The translations under genes and the position numbers were made by a program. From the NCBI GenBank assembly GCA_046483445.1, contig JAWODD010000008.1, positions 752 through 64,751 on the forward strand: DNA of 64,000 bases, written 5' to 3'. Below the pieces are notes generated by a model. It was not told the origin of the DNA and did not search any database. It worked only from the letters and a program-made list of their open reading frames with translations. The DNA comes from Bacillota bacterium. GTDB lineage: Bacteria > Bacillota > Dethiobacteria > DTU022. Shown piece by piece: positions 27,445-37,180 of this stretch (within the stretch, counting starts at the first letter, position 1; every line of letters starts with the position of its first letter).

Positions 27445-27728
27445 GTGATTTCCCCCTCTGGCAAACCGTTACTTGATTGTTTACGGGATAGCAAGACAAT
27501 TTTATATTAAAAATACCCTGCCGGCTTCATGAACCAGGGTATCCTGGCTGTGCTGGTAACCTTCTTTCCCATTTACCTTCACAGTTAAGCCTTTGATCAT
27601 CTATGCCTGGCCTTCATAGGCAACCCTAAAAAGTATAACAAAAATTTAATGAATTGACCACAATAATACCGGTTTTACCCCTTATACTGAAACTGTAAGC
27701 TTAATATATCAACAAGGAGGTAAGGAAG

Positions 27729-28103
27729 ATGAGAAAAATACTTATTACAGTTTCCTTGGTAGTGATTCTTATGGTGGCTGTCTCCGGGGTAGTTTTTGCC
27801 ACCGGCGGTTACGGTTCTGGTTGTGACAATTGCCCAAAGGCTGAGTTAACCGAAGAAGAACTGGCCCGTTTTGAAGGAGTAATCGAAGAGTACCGGGAAG
27901 CGATGGAAGAATTTAGAGGGGACCCGGAGGCCCAGGATGAGCGCATGGAATTAAGAGAAGAAAAGCGCGAGAGCCTGTTCGACATAGCTCCTGACCGGTT
28001 TGCGGATTGCTTCGGCCATTTCGGTGAAAAAGGAAAGGGTAACCGCAATTACGGTGCAAAAAAAGCTAGTAGCAACGGGGCACAACGAGGCGCCGGTCGC
28101 TAA
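27729..28103 (+). CDS. secreted/anchored small charged protein, unknown function
   Basis: AAGGAGG RBS and an N-terminal signal/anchor (ILITVSLVVILMVAVSGVVFA). The body is E/R-rich. Confidence 0.6.
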   Translation: MRKILITVSLVVILMVAVSGVVFATGGYGSGCDNCPKAELTEEELARFEGVIEEYREAMEEFRGDPEAQDERMELREEKRESLFDIAPDRFADCFGHFGEKGKGNRNYGAKKASSNGAQRGAGR

Positions 28104-28190
28104 ATTCGCTGAGTAAAAAGTTCGTTAATTAGGGAACGCTTCCATATGAATACTTCCCTACAAACCAATAATAGTTACTATCATATTGAA

Positions 28191-28222
28191 AGAGCCTCCC
28201 GCTTTTAAAGGGAGGCTCTTTA
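28191..28222 (+). terminator. putative terminator
   Basis: AGAGCCTCCC-9 nt-GGGAGGCTCT perfect 10-bp stem. The U tract is short. Confidence 0.6.
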
Positions 28223-28269
28223 CATCATCAGCTGGTTGCTGATGCTTTATGATATATAATGTTAAGAAA

Positions 28270-28298
28270 TTGACTGATTCAAGGCATAGTGGGATAAT
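28270..28298 (+). promoter_or_regulatory. sigma-A type promoter candidate
   Basis: TTGACT-17 nt-GATAAT, about 140 nt upstream of the patatin-like gene. Confidence 0.35.
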
Positions 28299-28439
28299 CG
28301 GGTTGTTAATTAAAATTACCGGTTTGACCGGCTGGTTAACGAGCGAAGGATTAATATAAATGCTTCAGTTCTGCCACCGGCGCGGTGAAGGCAAAAAATG
28401 GCATCTTAAAGCAGAAAACTGTTTTATAGAGGGAAAGAT

Positions 28440-29324
28440 ATGGAAGTTCTAATGAACAATATTACTGATACGGCCTTAATCTTTGAAGGCGGTGGAATGA
28501 GGGCCAGTTACACTTCAGGTTTTGTCAATATAATGCTGGAAAACGACATTTATTTTGATTATGTTGCCGGAATCTCTGCCGGTGCCAGCAACAGTGTGAA
28601 CTATTTGACCAGGGATACAGAGCGAGTCAAGAAATCCTTTGTGGACCTGGTGCTTGAACCTGAGTTTGGCGGCTGGCGATCATTTTTAAAAGGCGAAGGT
28701 TATTTCCGCGCCCGCTATATTTATGAGGAAACTCCTTATCCAGGCGCAGCCCTGCCCTTAGATTTTGAGAAATTCAAGAACAACCCGGCAAAGCTGAGAA
28801 TTGGCGCTTTCGAATTGGATAGCGCCAGGATGCGCTATTTTACCAGGGATGATATCGAAAGTATCCAGGACTTAGCAAGAATTGTCCGCTGTTCTTCAAC
28901 GCTTCCATTTTTTATGCCGCCTGCAACATTTCAGCAAAAAACTTACCTCGATGGCGGTCTTGGCGGTGGCCTGGCATTAGATATTGCCAAAAAAAATGGT
29001 TTTAATAAGTTTTTTGTTGTCTTAACCCGCCCGAGGGGGTTCAGGAAGAAGCCTTTCAAAATACCGCTGCTGGTCAGGGCTTATTATCGCAAAAATCCCC
29101 ATGTGGCCGATGCTTTGCTAACCTTTTACCAGAAATATAATCAAACTCTAAATGAACTGGAAGAGCTTGAACGCGCGGGTAAAGCCTTTCTGGCCTTTCC
29201 TGATACAATGCCTGTCAATAGTATGGAAAGCAACTTCGCTAAACTGCAGGAAAGCTACAATTTGGGTTATCAGCAGGGACAGCGTGACCTGTTCAGGTGG
29301 CAAAAGTTCCTTGGAATCAAATGA
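28440..29324 (+). CDS. patatin-like phospholipase
   Basis: GGGMRASY (oxyanion hole), GISAGA (GxSxG) and YLDGGLGG (catalytic Asp). Confidence 0.85.
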   Translation: MEVLMNNITDTALIFEGGGMRASYTSGFVNIMLENDIYFDYVAGISAGASNSVNYLTRDTERVKKSFVDLVLEPEFGGWRSFLKGEGYFRARYIYEETPYPGAALPLDFEKFKNNPAKLRIGAFELDSARMRYFTRDDIESIQDLARIVRCSSTLPFFMPPATFQQKTYLDGGLGGGLALDIAKKNGFNKFFVVLTRPRGFRKKPFKIPLLVRAYYRKNPHVADALLTFYQKYNQTLNELEELERAGKAFLAFPDTMPVNSMESNFAKLQESYNLGYQQGQRDLFRWQKFLGIK

Positions 29325-29584
29325 TCAATTTCAGATAGCGGTATCTTATGTAAAATTTTAGTATCAACTAAAACTTTACCTGGCATAAAGTTCCTCCCGC
29401 TCCCAGGCTCTTTACTTATTGGGTTCTTTGGTTTCCCCCATCTCAGATTCGATAAATTTAACTGCTTCCTCCCATGCAAAAACAAATTTTTTTCCAGCAG
29501 TGATCTCAATAATTGGGCAAGTTAAAATACTTGTAGCCAGAGCGGTCTGTTTTGTTTATAATATGCTTAAAGGGGGTGGCCCGG

Positions 29585-30544
29585 GTGAAAAAACCGACTG
29601 AGCCTCGATTTGAAAACGAAGAATGGGCTGGAGAAGACATTTCTTTCCACCATCAGGATAGACGCAGCTTTAGAGAACCGGGGAAAAAGAAAAGACGGTG
29701 GTGGATTCCCCTCACTCTAATATTGATCGTTATAGTCGCCCTCGGTACATTATGGTTTGTGGGCAACCGCAGTGAATTTTGGTTGTTCCGGGAATTGAGG
29801 GGAATAATCTTTCCTGAGGAAGAGGAAATTCAAATTATTATACCGGCAGCCCTTTTTGCCGGTGAGGATATTGAAGAAATAGCAGCCCATGCTCTAGAAG
29901 AAAAGGGTGTGGATGAAATAACCCACATTGAAGGTGATAAGCTGCTCTTTACCATGTCCCCAGAGGTGAAAAATAAGCTGCTTGAAGAAGCGCAAAATGA
30001 TTTGGAGGAAATACTTTCTGCCCTGAAAGATGGGAGGCAATATTCCTTCATTGTTGAGATCAGTTATGATAGTTCTTTTGAAAATTTTTCCCTGGTAATA
30101 GAAGATGATCATACTGATCAGGCCTTAGTAGCAGCCTCGGAACTTTTTGTCGCAGCTGTTTATTACCAGCACTTAAACGCCGCTGGAGAAGAAATCCAGG
30201 AAGTGGCAATAGTGCTGGAAAATAATGAAATAGGCGACCAGGAAAGGCTTGCTTATCCCGAGGATTTAAACCGGGTAGCATCTTTATTGGAAAGTCCTGA
30301 AATGGTCGATGAAGAACTGGCAGGACCAGCAGCTGGTGATGAGGTCATTGTTGATACCGGTCCCGACAATTTGAACTTACGAGACGGCCCGGCTATCACT
30401 TACCTGATTATTGACGTCCTGAATTCGGGTACGGTTCTTGAAGTCATCGATGAAGAAGGAGATTGGCTGAACGTTATAACCCCGGACCAGCAAGAAGGCT
30501 GGGTGCACGGAGACTACGTAAAAATCGCTGATGAAGAGGATTAA
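29585..30544 (+). CDS. membrane-anchored acidic protein with a C-terminal SH3b domain
   Basis: GTG start 6 nt after AAGGGGGTGG. One TM segment (WWIPLTLILIVIVALGTLWFV). C-terminal LNLRDGPA....I.VL..GTVLEVIDEEGDWLNV......EGWVHGDYV. Confidence 0.65.
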   Translation: MKKPTEPRFENEEWAGEDISFHHQDRRSFREPGKKKRRWWIPLTLILIVIVALGTLWFVGNRSEFWLFRELRGIIFPEEEEIQIIIPAALFAGEDIEEIAAHALEEKGVDEITHIEGDKLLFTMSPEVKNKLLEEAQNDLEEILSALKDGRQYSFIVEISYDSSFENFSLVIEDDHTDQALVAASELFVAAVYYQHLNAAGEEIQEVAIVLENNEIGDQERLAYPEDLNRVASLLESPEMVDEELAGPAAGDEVIVDTGPDNLNLRDGPAITYLIIDVLNSGTVLEVIDEEGDWLNVITPDQQEGWVHGDYVKIADEED

Positions 30545-30604
30545 CAGCGCCCCTAAATTAATACTGGATATCTTTTCAAATTAAAAAGAAAGTTTGACAC
30601 AAGT

Positions 30605-30640
30605 AGAAAACCGGGGGTAAGACAAAGTCTATCCCCGGTT
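30605..30640 (-). terminator. Rho-independent terminator of the Mrp-DUF5320 operon
   Basis: AACCGGGG...CCCCGGTT 8-bp stem. The minus strand continues with TTTTCT. Confidence 0.65.
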
Positions 30641-30644
30641 AAAT

Positions 30645-30935
30645 CTACGATTCTTCCAGCTCAGCCATTCGCTTTTCCATTTCAGCCAGTTCTTGTCTCA
30701 ATTGTTCTGCCTGTTCTTTTAAATATGCTTTTTCATCTTCAGGATTGGAAGTAGCTGAGGAATAATATGGATCAGGAACTCCGCTCCATTGACGATAGGC
30801 TCTCCACCCGGGTCTACGACCCCAAAAACCTCTTCTGGGACCCCTCATCCCTGGGGCAAAGCCACTGCATGGACCAAATCCCCTACCGGTCATCGGTCCT
30901 CTGCCCATTGGACCGGTTCCGTCAAAACCAGGCAT
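30645..30935 (-). CDS. DUF5320 family protein
   Basis: MPGFDGTGPMGRGPMTGRGFGPC... Gly/Arg-rich N-terminus plus a C-terminal coiled coil is the DUF5320 pattern. Confidence 0.7.
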   Translation of the reverse strand: MPGFDGTGPMGRGPMTGRGFGPCSGFAPGMRGPRRGFWGRRPGWRAYRQWSGVPDPYYSSATSNPEDEKAYLKEQAEQLRQELAEMEKRMAELEES

Positions 30936-31057
30936 GGTGAATACCTCCTTTCATTAGTGTTTTAAAGATACCGGTTACTCAATCCAATTAATAATATTTA
31001 GCAAATAATTCCCCCGCTTCGTTTGTAATACAAACAATTACTAAAATATTACCTGAT

Positions 31058-31882
31058 TTAATTTGTTTCTCGTAAAATCTCGTAAAATTTGTCATTTATA
31101 TTGTCAAATAAGTTAGTTTGAAATTCTTCTATTGCCCCACTATCCCCAAGTTTAGAAAGTCTGGGATCAAGGGGTAAACAGCCAATTAATTCAATACCTG
31201 TAGCCCTGGCCACTTCCTCAGCGCTGCTTTTGCCAAACATTTCGATTTCTTTCCCACAGTGAGGGCAAGTCATCCCACTCATATTTTCAACCAGGCCAAG
31301 GATTTGAGTATCCATCATTCTAGCCATTTTAATCGCTTTTTTTACTACCATAACTGCCAAATCCTGGGGAGAAGATACAATAAGCAATCCATCAAGTGGC
31401 AAGGACTGAAGGACTGTTAAGGGAGCATCCCCAGTTCCTGGAGGCAGGTCGACAATCAGGTAATCTAACTCACCCCAGAGAACGTCGGTCCAGAATTGTT
31501 TAACCGCTCCCCCGATTAACGGTCCACGCCAGACAACCGGATCATCTTCCTGGGGAAGCAGTAAATTCAAAGATATAATCTTAATTCCTAATTTGCTTGT
31601 TTCAGGAATTATTTTACCCTCAACCACTTTAGCTTGATCATTTAGTCCAAAGAGCTTGGGTATACTAGAACCGGTAATATCGGCATCAAGTAACCCTACA
31701 CGATACCCCTGTTTAATCAAAGCAACTGCCAACAAAGCGGAAATTGAAGATTTGCCCACGCCCCCTTTTCCACTCATAACAGCAATGGTTCGGGAAATAT
31801 GGCTACCTTCCGGCTGTGATAGCTTTTCAATACCGCTTGCATTTTCCGAATTATTTTTTTCTGCTTGCTCATTCTCTTCCAC
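31058..31882 (-). CDS. Mrp/NBP35/ApbC-family P-loop ATPase (Fe-S cluster carrier)
   Basis: MSGKGGVGKSS deviant Walker A and CPHCG motif. Start re-called to GTG 31882, 8 nt after GGAGG. The track ATG at 31897 has no RBS. Confidence 0.8.
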   Translation of the reverse strand: MEENEQAEKNNSENASGIEKLSQPEGSHISRTIAVMSGKGGVGKSSISALLAVALIKQGYRVGLLDADITGSSIPKLFGLNDQAKVVEGKIIPETSKLGIKIISLNLLLPQEDDPVVWRGPLIGGAVKQFWTDVLWGELDYLIVDLPPGTGDAPLTVLQSLPLDGLLIVSSPQDLAVMVVKKAIKMARMMDTQILGLVENMSGMTCPHCGKEIEMFGKSSAEEVARATGIELIGCLPLDPRLSKLGDSGAIEEFQTNLFDNINDKFYEILRETN

Positions 31883-32154
31883 GATAAAAACCTCCATTTC
31901 CAGTGTTTTAGAACATTATGGGTATGTATCTATTACTATTATAGATCTATTATGGGTATAAATCAATATAATTTTTATTGGCAAATAAATATTCTTTGTC
32001 GAACTGATTGAGGATAGCGGGCCATTAATTTCTGTCCTTTTCATGTAAAATAATATTCCTGCTATCTATACCCTTAAGCGTTATATGACAAATACCTGAT
32101 TTGTTTTTTGACTTGGCCATTTTTGGCATTACAATTCTACCTGGTTAAAATAGC

Positions 32155-32190
32155 ACAAAAAAAGAGGGGGCAAGAGAAACACCCCTTCTA
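32155..32190 (-). terminator. Rho-independent terminator of the heliorhodopsin gene
   Basis: On the minus strand, a GGGG...CCCC stem is followed by TTTTTTT. Confidence 0.65.
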
Positions 32191-32223
32191 TCGTTATCCT
32201 TATAAACTATATAAAAATTTAAC

Positions 32224-33015
32224 TTATGGTTGCATGGCACCGAACAGGACCAGCCATGCTAATGCTGACTTTGCCACCAGGCTTAAAATAATATAGACAC
32301 GCTCACCGTATAAGTAATCCTGCCATTTGCCTACCCTTAAATACTGCAGAACCATGTTGACAGGAAAGGTGTTAAAGGCAACAAAGTATGTTCCCACAAT
32401 AGCCCAGACAAACCAGGGCACCATATCAAAGTTGCCCGTGCCAAACATGTAAGTCAAAATAACAATCCATGGACCGATGCCCGCCATTGAACCCCAGATA
32501 AAAGGTCCCCAGATGATATTTTTCTTCTCTTTGCCGGCATTTAACTGTTCCATTACCAGGCCAAACAGGTTCATTGAGGCATTGATTAGAAAAATAAGAA
32601 TTAGAGTGCCGATATCGTAAATACCAAACAGGGTAGCAATTAAAACAATCATTATCGATGAGCTTAGCGAATACTCAAACCAGCGAAATTGGTTGATCCC
32701 ATTTTCCAGATCTCTTTTGTAAACTGCGTTGGTTTTCTCAGGTAAAGAAATTAGGCCGTGCGCAATGGCCGATATCAATAAAAATGATGCCACTAAAATC
32801 CCAAAAGGCAGTTCAAATAAGTCCTGACTGGTAACAACTAAGGATCTTGTTTCAAGATCGAAGGTCTGATAAAACTGGATTATGGTCGGGGTAAACTCAG
32901 AAATTGTCTGAATCACAGTGGTTGCCAAAAACAGCATGACAATCCCCTGAACCAGGTGCAACCCTCCCATGATCATGTTAAAACGCTTCAAACCGTCAAA
33001 AGTAATTTGTTTCAT
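32224..33015 (-). CDS. heliorhodopsin
   Basis: Seven TM segments. FRWFEYSLSSSIMIVLIA, INASMNLFG and GERVYIILSLVAKSALAW match the family-defining strings of the 48C12 prototype, including the TM7 Lys (codon 32269-32271). ATG 33015 sits behind AGAGGTGA. Confidence 0.85.
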   Translation of the reverse strand: MKQITFDGLKRFNMIMGGLHLVQGIVMLFLATTVIQTISEFTPTIIQFYQTFDLETRSLVVTSQDLFELPFGILVASFLLISAIAHGLISLPEKTNAVYKRDLENGINQFRWFEYSLSSSIMIVLIATLFGIYDIGTLILIFLINASMNLFGLVMEQLNAGKEKKNIIWGPFIWGSMAGIGPWIVILTYMFGTGNFDMVPWFVWAIVGTYFVAFNTFPVNMVLQYLRVGKWQDYLYGERVYIILSLVAKSALAWLVLFGAMQP

Positions 33016-33364
33016 CCCTATCACCTCTTCAAAATAATGAGCACCTGCAAAATAAGAGCAATATTCTTTTAATGATTAATCTGCAAAACCAGTTTATTTT
33101 GGGTTTACAAAGCAGATTATAACTGGCAAAATATAAGTTTTTTACCAGGTACGCTTAAGCTTTATTGTACTAGAAAAAAACAAATAACTTCTTGCAGTTA
33201 AGATTCAGTATTTGTTTTTTACCTGGCTGGGAAGTGGCGAGCGGTTAATTTCAGTCAGGCTGGGTTTTGATTATATATTGCCTTGACCTGGATAGCTAAA
33301 AAACCGTCCGTCACTGCCGTTGAACCACTTTTTATAGATCATGGCTTATGCAGAAATTCTAGGT

Positions 33365-34024
33365 TTAAATCCATTCCATTTTACTTAGGTAATTGTTTTC
33401 ACCAATAGCAACAATAATGTCTTCTTTTTCAATAATATCTTCCGCTACTGGAGAAATGATTGTTTTATGACCGCTATTACGGCGTAAAGCAATAATGCTG
33501 ATTCCGTAGCGATTTCGTAAATTAAGCTCTTTTAAAGATTTGCCAACCATTTCTTCCGGAGCATTTACTTCAACTACGCTATAATCATCGGATAACTCAA
33601 TCAAATCGATAATTGTTGGTGCAATTAAACTTCGGGCAAGTTTTTGACCCATATCCCGTTCAGGAAATACCACTTGATTAACTCCCACTTTATCTAGAAC
33701 TTTACCGTGAAGTTCTGTTCTGGCTTTAGCTACAATCCGTTTTGCTCCAAGCTCAATGAGTAAGATTGCTGCCATAATACTGGCCTGCATGTCATCGCCG
33801 ATTGCTAAGACTATTGTATCAAAGTCCTTAATATCCAACCCCTTGAGGCATGGTTCGGAAGATGCATCGGCTTTCACAGCATTGGTTACTTCTTCGCTGA
33901 ACTGCTGGACTTTATCTTCATTATTATCCATGACCATGACATCATGGCCCAGTTTATATAGGTTTCTAGCTACGCTTGATCCAAACCTACCTGCTCCAAT
34001 AACTAAGAATTGTTTTGTTTTCAT
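33365..34024 (-). CDS. ktrA: K+ uptake regulatory subunit KtrA (RCK/TrkA-N plus TrkA-C)
   Basis: FLVIGAGRFGSSVA Rossmann motif. 219 aa. Confidence 0.85.
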   Translation of the reverse strand: MKTKQFLVIGAGRFGSSVARNLYKLGHDVMVMDNNEDKVQQFSEEVTNAVKADASSEPCLKGLDIKDFDTIVLAIGDDMQASIMAAILLIELGAKRIVAKARTELHGKVLDKVGVNQVVFPERDMGQKLARSLIAPTIIDLIELSDDYSVVEVNAPEEMVGKSLKELNLRNRYGISIIALRRNSGHKTIISPVAEDIIEKEDIIVAIGENNYLSKMEWI

Positions 34025-34062
34025 TACATCATCACCTTTTTTTGTTAAGCTTAAAGCAATTA

Positions 34063-35442
34063 CTAACCGATCATCAAGTGTCCTTCCGGATATTGAATGG
34101 CAATATCTTTAGGTTTTTCCTGAGCCAAAGCTACCAGTAATGTCACAGGTCCAATCCTACCGCAAAACATGGTTATAATCAAGGCAATTTTGCTGGGATT
34201 ACTTAAGCTGGGAGTAATACCCGTGGAAAGCCCGACTGTACCAAAGGCAGATATAGCTTCAAAAAACATATCGTTAAAATTCTGTCCTTCAAATAAGGTT
34301 AATATGAAGGTAGCTATAAATACCAGAACCATGGAAGCGCTGATAATCGAAATAGCTTTCATGATATGTTGGGATGGGAAACGGCGCTGAAAAATCACCG
34401 GTTCATGACGCCCCCGAATCATGCTGACCAGGGTAAAAGCTACTATTCCAAAGGTGGTCGTTTTCACGCCACCGCCGGTAGAAGTTGGTGAAGCGCCGAT
34501 AAACATCAAACCCATTAGAATCAGTAAGGAAGAATAACACAACAGCCCTGTATCCAAAACACTAAACCCTGCCGTCCTGGCGGTAGCTGAGGTAAAGAAA
34601 GCAGCAAACAATTTGGCTCCGCCGGAAAGACCACCCATGGTTTCCGGATTATTATATTCAAGCAAGAGTATGATTACTGTACCGCTGCTTAACAGCAGGG
34701 CAGAAATAATTAAAACCAGCTTAGCGTGCAGGGTAAAGCGAGTCCGGTAGCGGATAAACCTGCTTAATTCAAGGATCACAGTAAAACCGAAACCACCGAT
34801 AATAAATAGGGTTACAATGGTTCCATTCACTAAGTAATCGGTTGGAAACCGGGTCAGGCTGTCGTAATTGCCAAAAAGGTCAAAACCGGCATTGCCAAAA
34901 GCAGAGACAGCATGGAACAGGGCAATAAAAAAACCTTCGGAAAGGCCGTATTCCGGAACGAATCTGATACTGAGCAGGGCTGTTCCAATCAGGATGAAAA
35001 ATAAGGCGATGCGAACCACTACCTTAACCAAAGGTATGATGCCCGCTATAGACTTCTGGTTGAGGGCTTCTTTAATCATAATCCTTTCTTGTAATGATAT
35101 ACGCCTCCCTAAAAATATAAAAATCAGGGTGGTCATGGTCATAAAACCTAGAGCACCGATAAAGATTAAAAACATAATGATGCCCTGGCCAAAAGGAGTA
35201 TAAAAAGTCCCCGTGTCAACAACCACGAGCCCAGTTACACAAACTGCCGAGGTAGCGGTAAACAGGGCATCAATATAAGAAAGTGCTGCTCCTTCGTAAG
35301 ATTGGGGGAGCATAAGAAGCAGTGAACCGACCAGGATAATACCCATAAAACCTAATGCTAAGACACGGGCCGGGTTTAGAGGTTTTCGTTTTGTTCGCAA
35401 AAAAAACATCACCAGTCGGAAATTATTTAATAGCCTTATCAA
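34063..35442 (-). CDS. ktrB: K+ transporter membrane subunit KtrB/TrkH family
   Basis: Multi-TM with four selectivity-filter-like glycine motifs (VTGL, NAGF, RTAGF, TVGLSTG). Start uncertain: 35442 or an internal Met. Confidence 0.85.
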   Translation of the reverse strand: MIRLLNNFRLVMFFLRTKRKPLNPARVLALGFMGIILVGSLLLMLPQSYEGAALSYIDALFTATSAVCVTGLVVVDTGTFYTPFGQGIIMFLIFIGALGFMTMTTLIFIFLGRRISLQERIMIKEALNQKSIAGIIPLVKVVVRIALFFILIGTALLSIRFVPEYGLSEGFFIALFHAVSAFGNAGFDLFGNYDSLTRFPTDYLVNGTIVTLFIIGGFGFTVILELSRFIRYRTRFTLHAKLVLIISALLLSSGTVIILLLEYNNPETMGGLSGGAKLFAAFFTSATARTAGFSVLDTGLLCYSSLLILMGLMFIGASPTSTGGGVKTTTFGIVAFTLVSMIRGRHEPVIFQRRFPSQHIMKAISIISASMVLVFIATFILTLFEGQNFNDMFFEAISAFGTVGLSTGITPSLSNPSKIALIITMFCGRIGPVTLLVALAQEKPKDIAIQYPEGHLMIG

Positions 35443-35651
35443 AAGGTGAATCTATTTTTTAAGGCAATGTCACTCATTACCTCAACATATAATACAACGC
35501 GTTCATGATTTTCATCAATTTCTTTATTCAGCTTTTTAAGAAGCACTTGAGCTGTTGCTTTGTTTCTTTTTCTGATTATTTCTGCAATATCTGCGACCAA
35601 CCGTTTAATTACCGCTGCTAAAATCTTAAGTATTTCTTGCTGCAGCTTCAT
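35439..35651 (-). CDS. hypothetical 70-aa helical protein overlapping the ktrB start by 4 nt
   Basis: ORF only, with no convincing RBS. Confidence 0.3.
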   Translation of the reverse strand: MKLQQEILKILAAVIKRLVADIAEIIRKRNKATAQVLLKKLNKEIDENHERVVLYVEVMSDIALKNRFTF

Positions 35652-36267
35652 TAATTAAGTGCCTGCCCTGTTTATTGTATGCACATCTCGAGTGTTGTTG
35701 GTGACATTATTAATTTTCTATCTTTGACAAAAGCCGCAATGCCGTGCCCACGGCTTCTGTGTGTTCGAAATGTATTACATTTATATCGTTCCAATTCAGC
35801 CACAAAAAAAAAGGTCTTTACAAAAAACCTTCAAATTAACGGTTAAGGGTGCAGCTCCAGAATAATTATAAGTCACGCTCAGATTCACCAGGCATGAAGC
35901 CTTATATGATGAGCAAATCCGTATCATTTTGTTCAGAACTCTGCTTATTACCAGTTTAATTAAATGCTACCAGTTTCAACATAAAGTGAGTATTAATATA
36001 ATGCACTTTCATACAAAGAATTTTATAATAAAAGCTTGCATTATGCAATACAAGCTTTGGAACAAATGCTTAAAAAAATTATTCGTCAGCATAGCGGTAG
36101 CTGACACCTACCCCTTTCTCCTTTATCTTGTTCCGGAGCACATTCTTAAAGAAAAATTTATTGAGTCCTATAACATAAGTCCGTACAGGATCGTATCTGA
36201 ATTTAAATTTCAAGTTAATTTATGTTTTTGACTCCATGGTTTACAGCCGGTTAATATGCTGGCTTTT

Positions 36268-36324
36268 AAAACAAAAATGAGGGCATTCCCTGTCGTTATG
36301 GAAATACCCTCATTTATCTTTTTT
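36268..36324. terminator. bidirectional Rho-independent terminator (serves csp on the minus strand)
   Basis: ATGAGGG...CCCTCAT stem extended by ATTCC/GGAAT, flanked by A-rich (left) and T-rich (right) tracts. Confidence 0.6.
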
Positions 36325-36343
36325 GCTATACTCTTAGTTTAAA

Positions 36344-36541
36344 TTATATAGCGACAACGTTTGCTGCTTGCGACCCGCGGTTGCCTTCGACTACTTCGAA
36401 TTTAACTGCTTGTTCTTCGTCCAAAGTTTTATAACCGTCACTTTGAATTGCAGAAAAATGAACAAAAACATCGTTTCCTTCTTCTGTTTCGATAAAGCCG
36501 TAACCTTTATCAGGGCTGAACCATTTTACTTTACCTTGCAT
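36344..36541 (-). CDS. cold-shock protein (CspA family)
   Basis: [18 protein letters not shown]...DVFVHFSAI carries the RNP1/RNP2 motifs. Confidence 0.95.
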   Translation of the reverse strand: MQGKVKWFSPDKGYGFIETEEGNDVFVHFSAIQSDGYKTLDEEQAVKFEVVEGNRGSQAANVVAI

Positions 36542-36744
36542 TGTGTAACACTCCTTTGCTTAGAAATTAATCAAAAAGAGGAGTTTCCGTTTAACCTCTA
36601 ATCCTTTTTCCAGGCAAAGGCATCAAGATCTTTCTCCGTTTTCTCGTCTTTTTAACGCTAACTAAATGATAACATGTTTGTATAAGAAAAGCAATACTTC
36701 TAAAAAAAACCAAAAATCAAGCTTTAAAGTTTATAGCTTGCATT

Positions 36745-37164
36745 TCAGCTTTCCCTTTTCCTGCGCATTGCCTTGGGATGGTTAAGTATTTCATGAACAA
36801 CTACAGCAGCGGCCAGCGATTCTTTTTGACTTAACATTTTCTTCAAGCTATAAGCCATCTCCGGAGGCTTATAGCTTTTACCAGGAGGGGATGTAGCGTA
36901 ATCATCTGCTACGCCCGTATATTCTTTACGTTCTTCATGAACGGATGCTTGATCTGCAGTCGCATCTTTTGAATTTTTAGCCCGGAAGCGGGTAGTTTCT
37001 TCCTCCCAGAAATTTTTGGTCTCAGCCTCACCAACCGACGGTTGTTTTTCGTCGGTAGAGGGGTCTTTTTTTTGGTCACCCTGCGCTCCTTTTATTGCCT
37101 TTAAGAATATATTGATCAGGTTAAAGGCAATAATGATGATAAATAAAAAAATTATGCCTTCCAT
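36745..37164 (-). CDS. yqfB: YqfB-like membrane-anchored protein (third gene of the nfeD-floA operon)
   Basis: N-terminal TM segment, 139 aa. Its position after floA matches B. subtilis yqeZ-yqfA-yqfB. Confidence 0.5.
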   Translation of the reverse strand: MEGIIFLFIIIIAFNLINIFLKAIKGAQGDQKKDPSTDEKQPSVGEAETKNFWEEETTRFRAKNSKDATADQASVHEERKEYTGVADDYATSPPGKSYKPPEMAYSLKKMLSQKESLAAAVVVHEILNHPKAMRRKRES

Positions 37165-37180
37165 AATAGGAAGCCTCCCG

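Noticed and set aside
35652-35900. Possible c-di-AMP (ydaO-type) riboswitch in the leader of the ktrB/ktrA operon.
   Set aside because: Ktr operons in Firmicutes often carry one, so I read the minus-strand leader. Only fragments resemble the motif (GGUGAAUC, AGCUGCACCCUUAACCG). The conserved GGGGACCCA and CCGAAUCC...CAGCUAACCUCGUAAGC elements are not recognisable. Only a cmscan against the ydaO-yuaA model could decide this.
35929-36231. 100-aa plus-strand ORF in the 690-bp AT-rich gap between the ktr operon and csp.
   Set aside because: It has an AT-rich, Ile/Lys/Phe/Asn-biased translation typical of random ORFs in AT-rich DNA, with no RBS and no motif.
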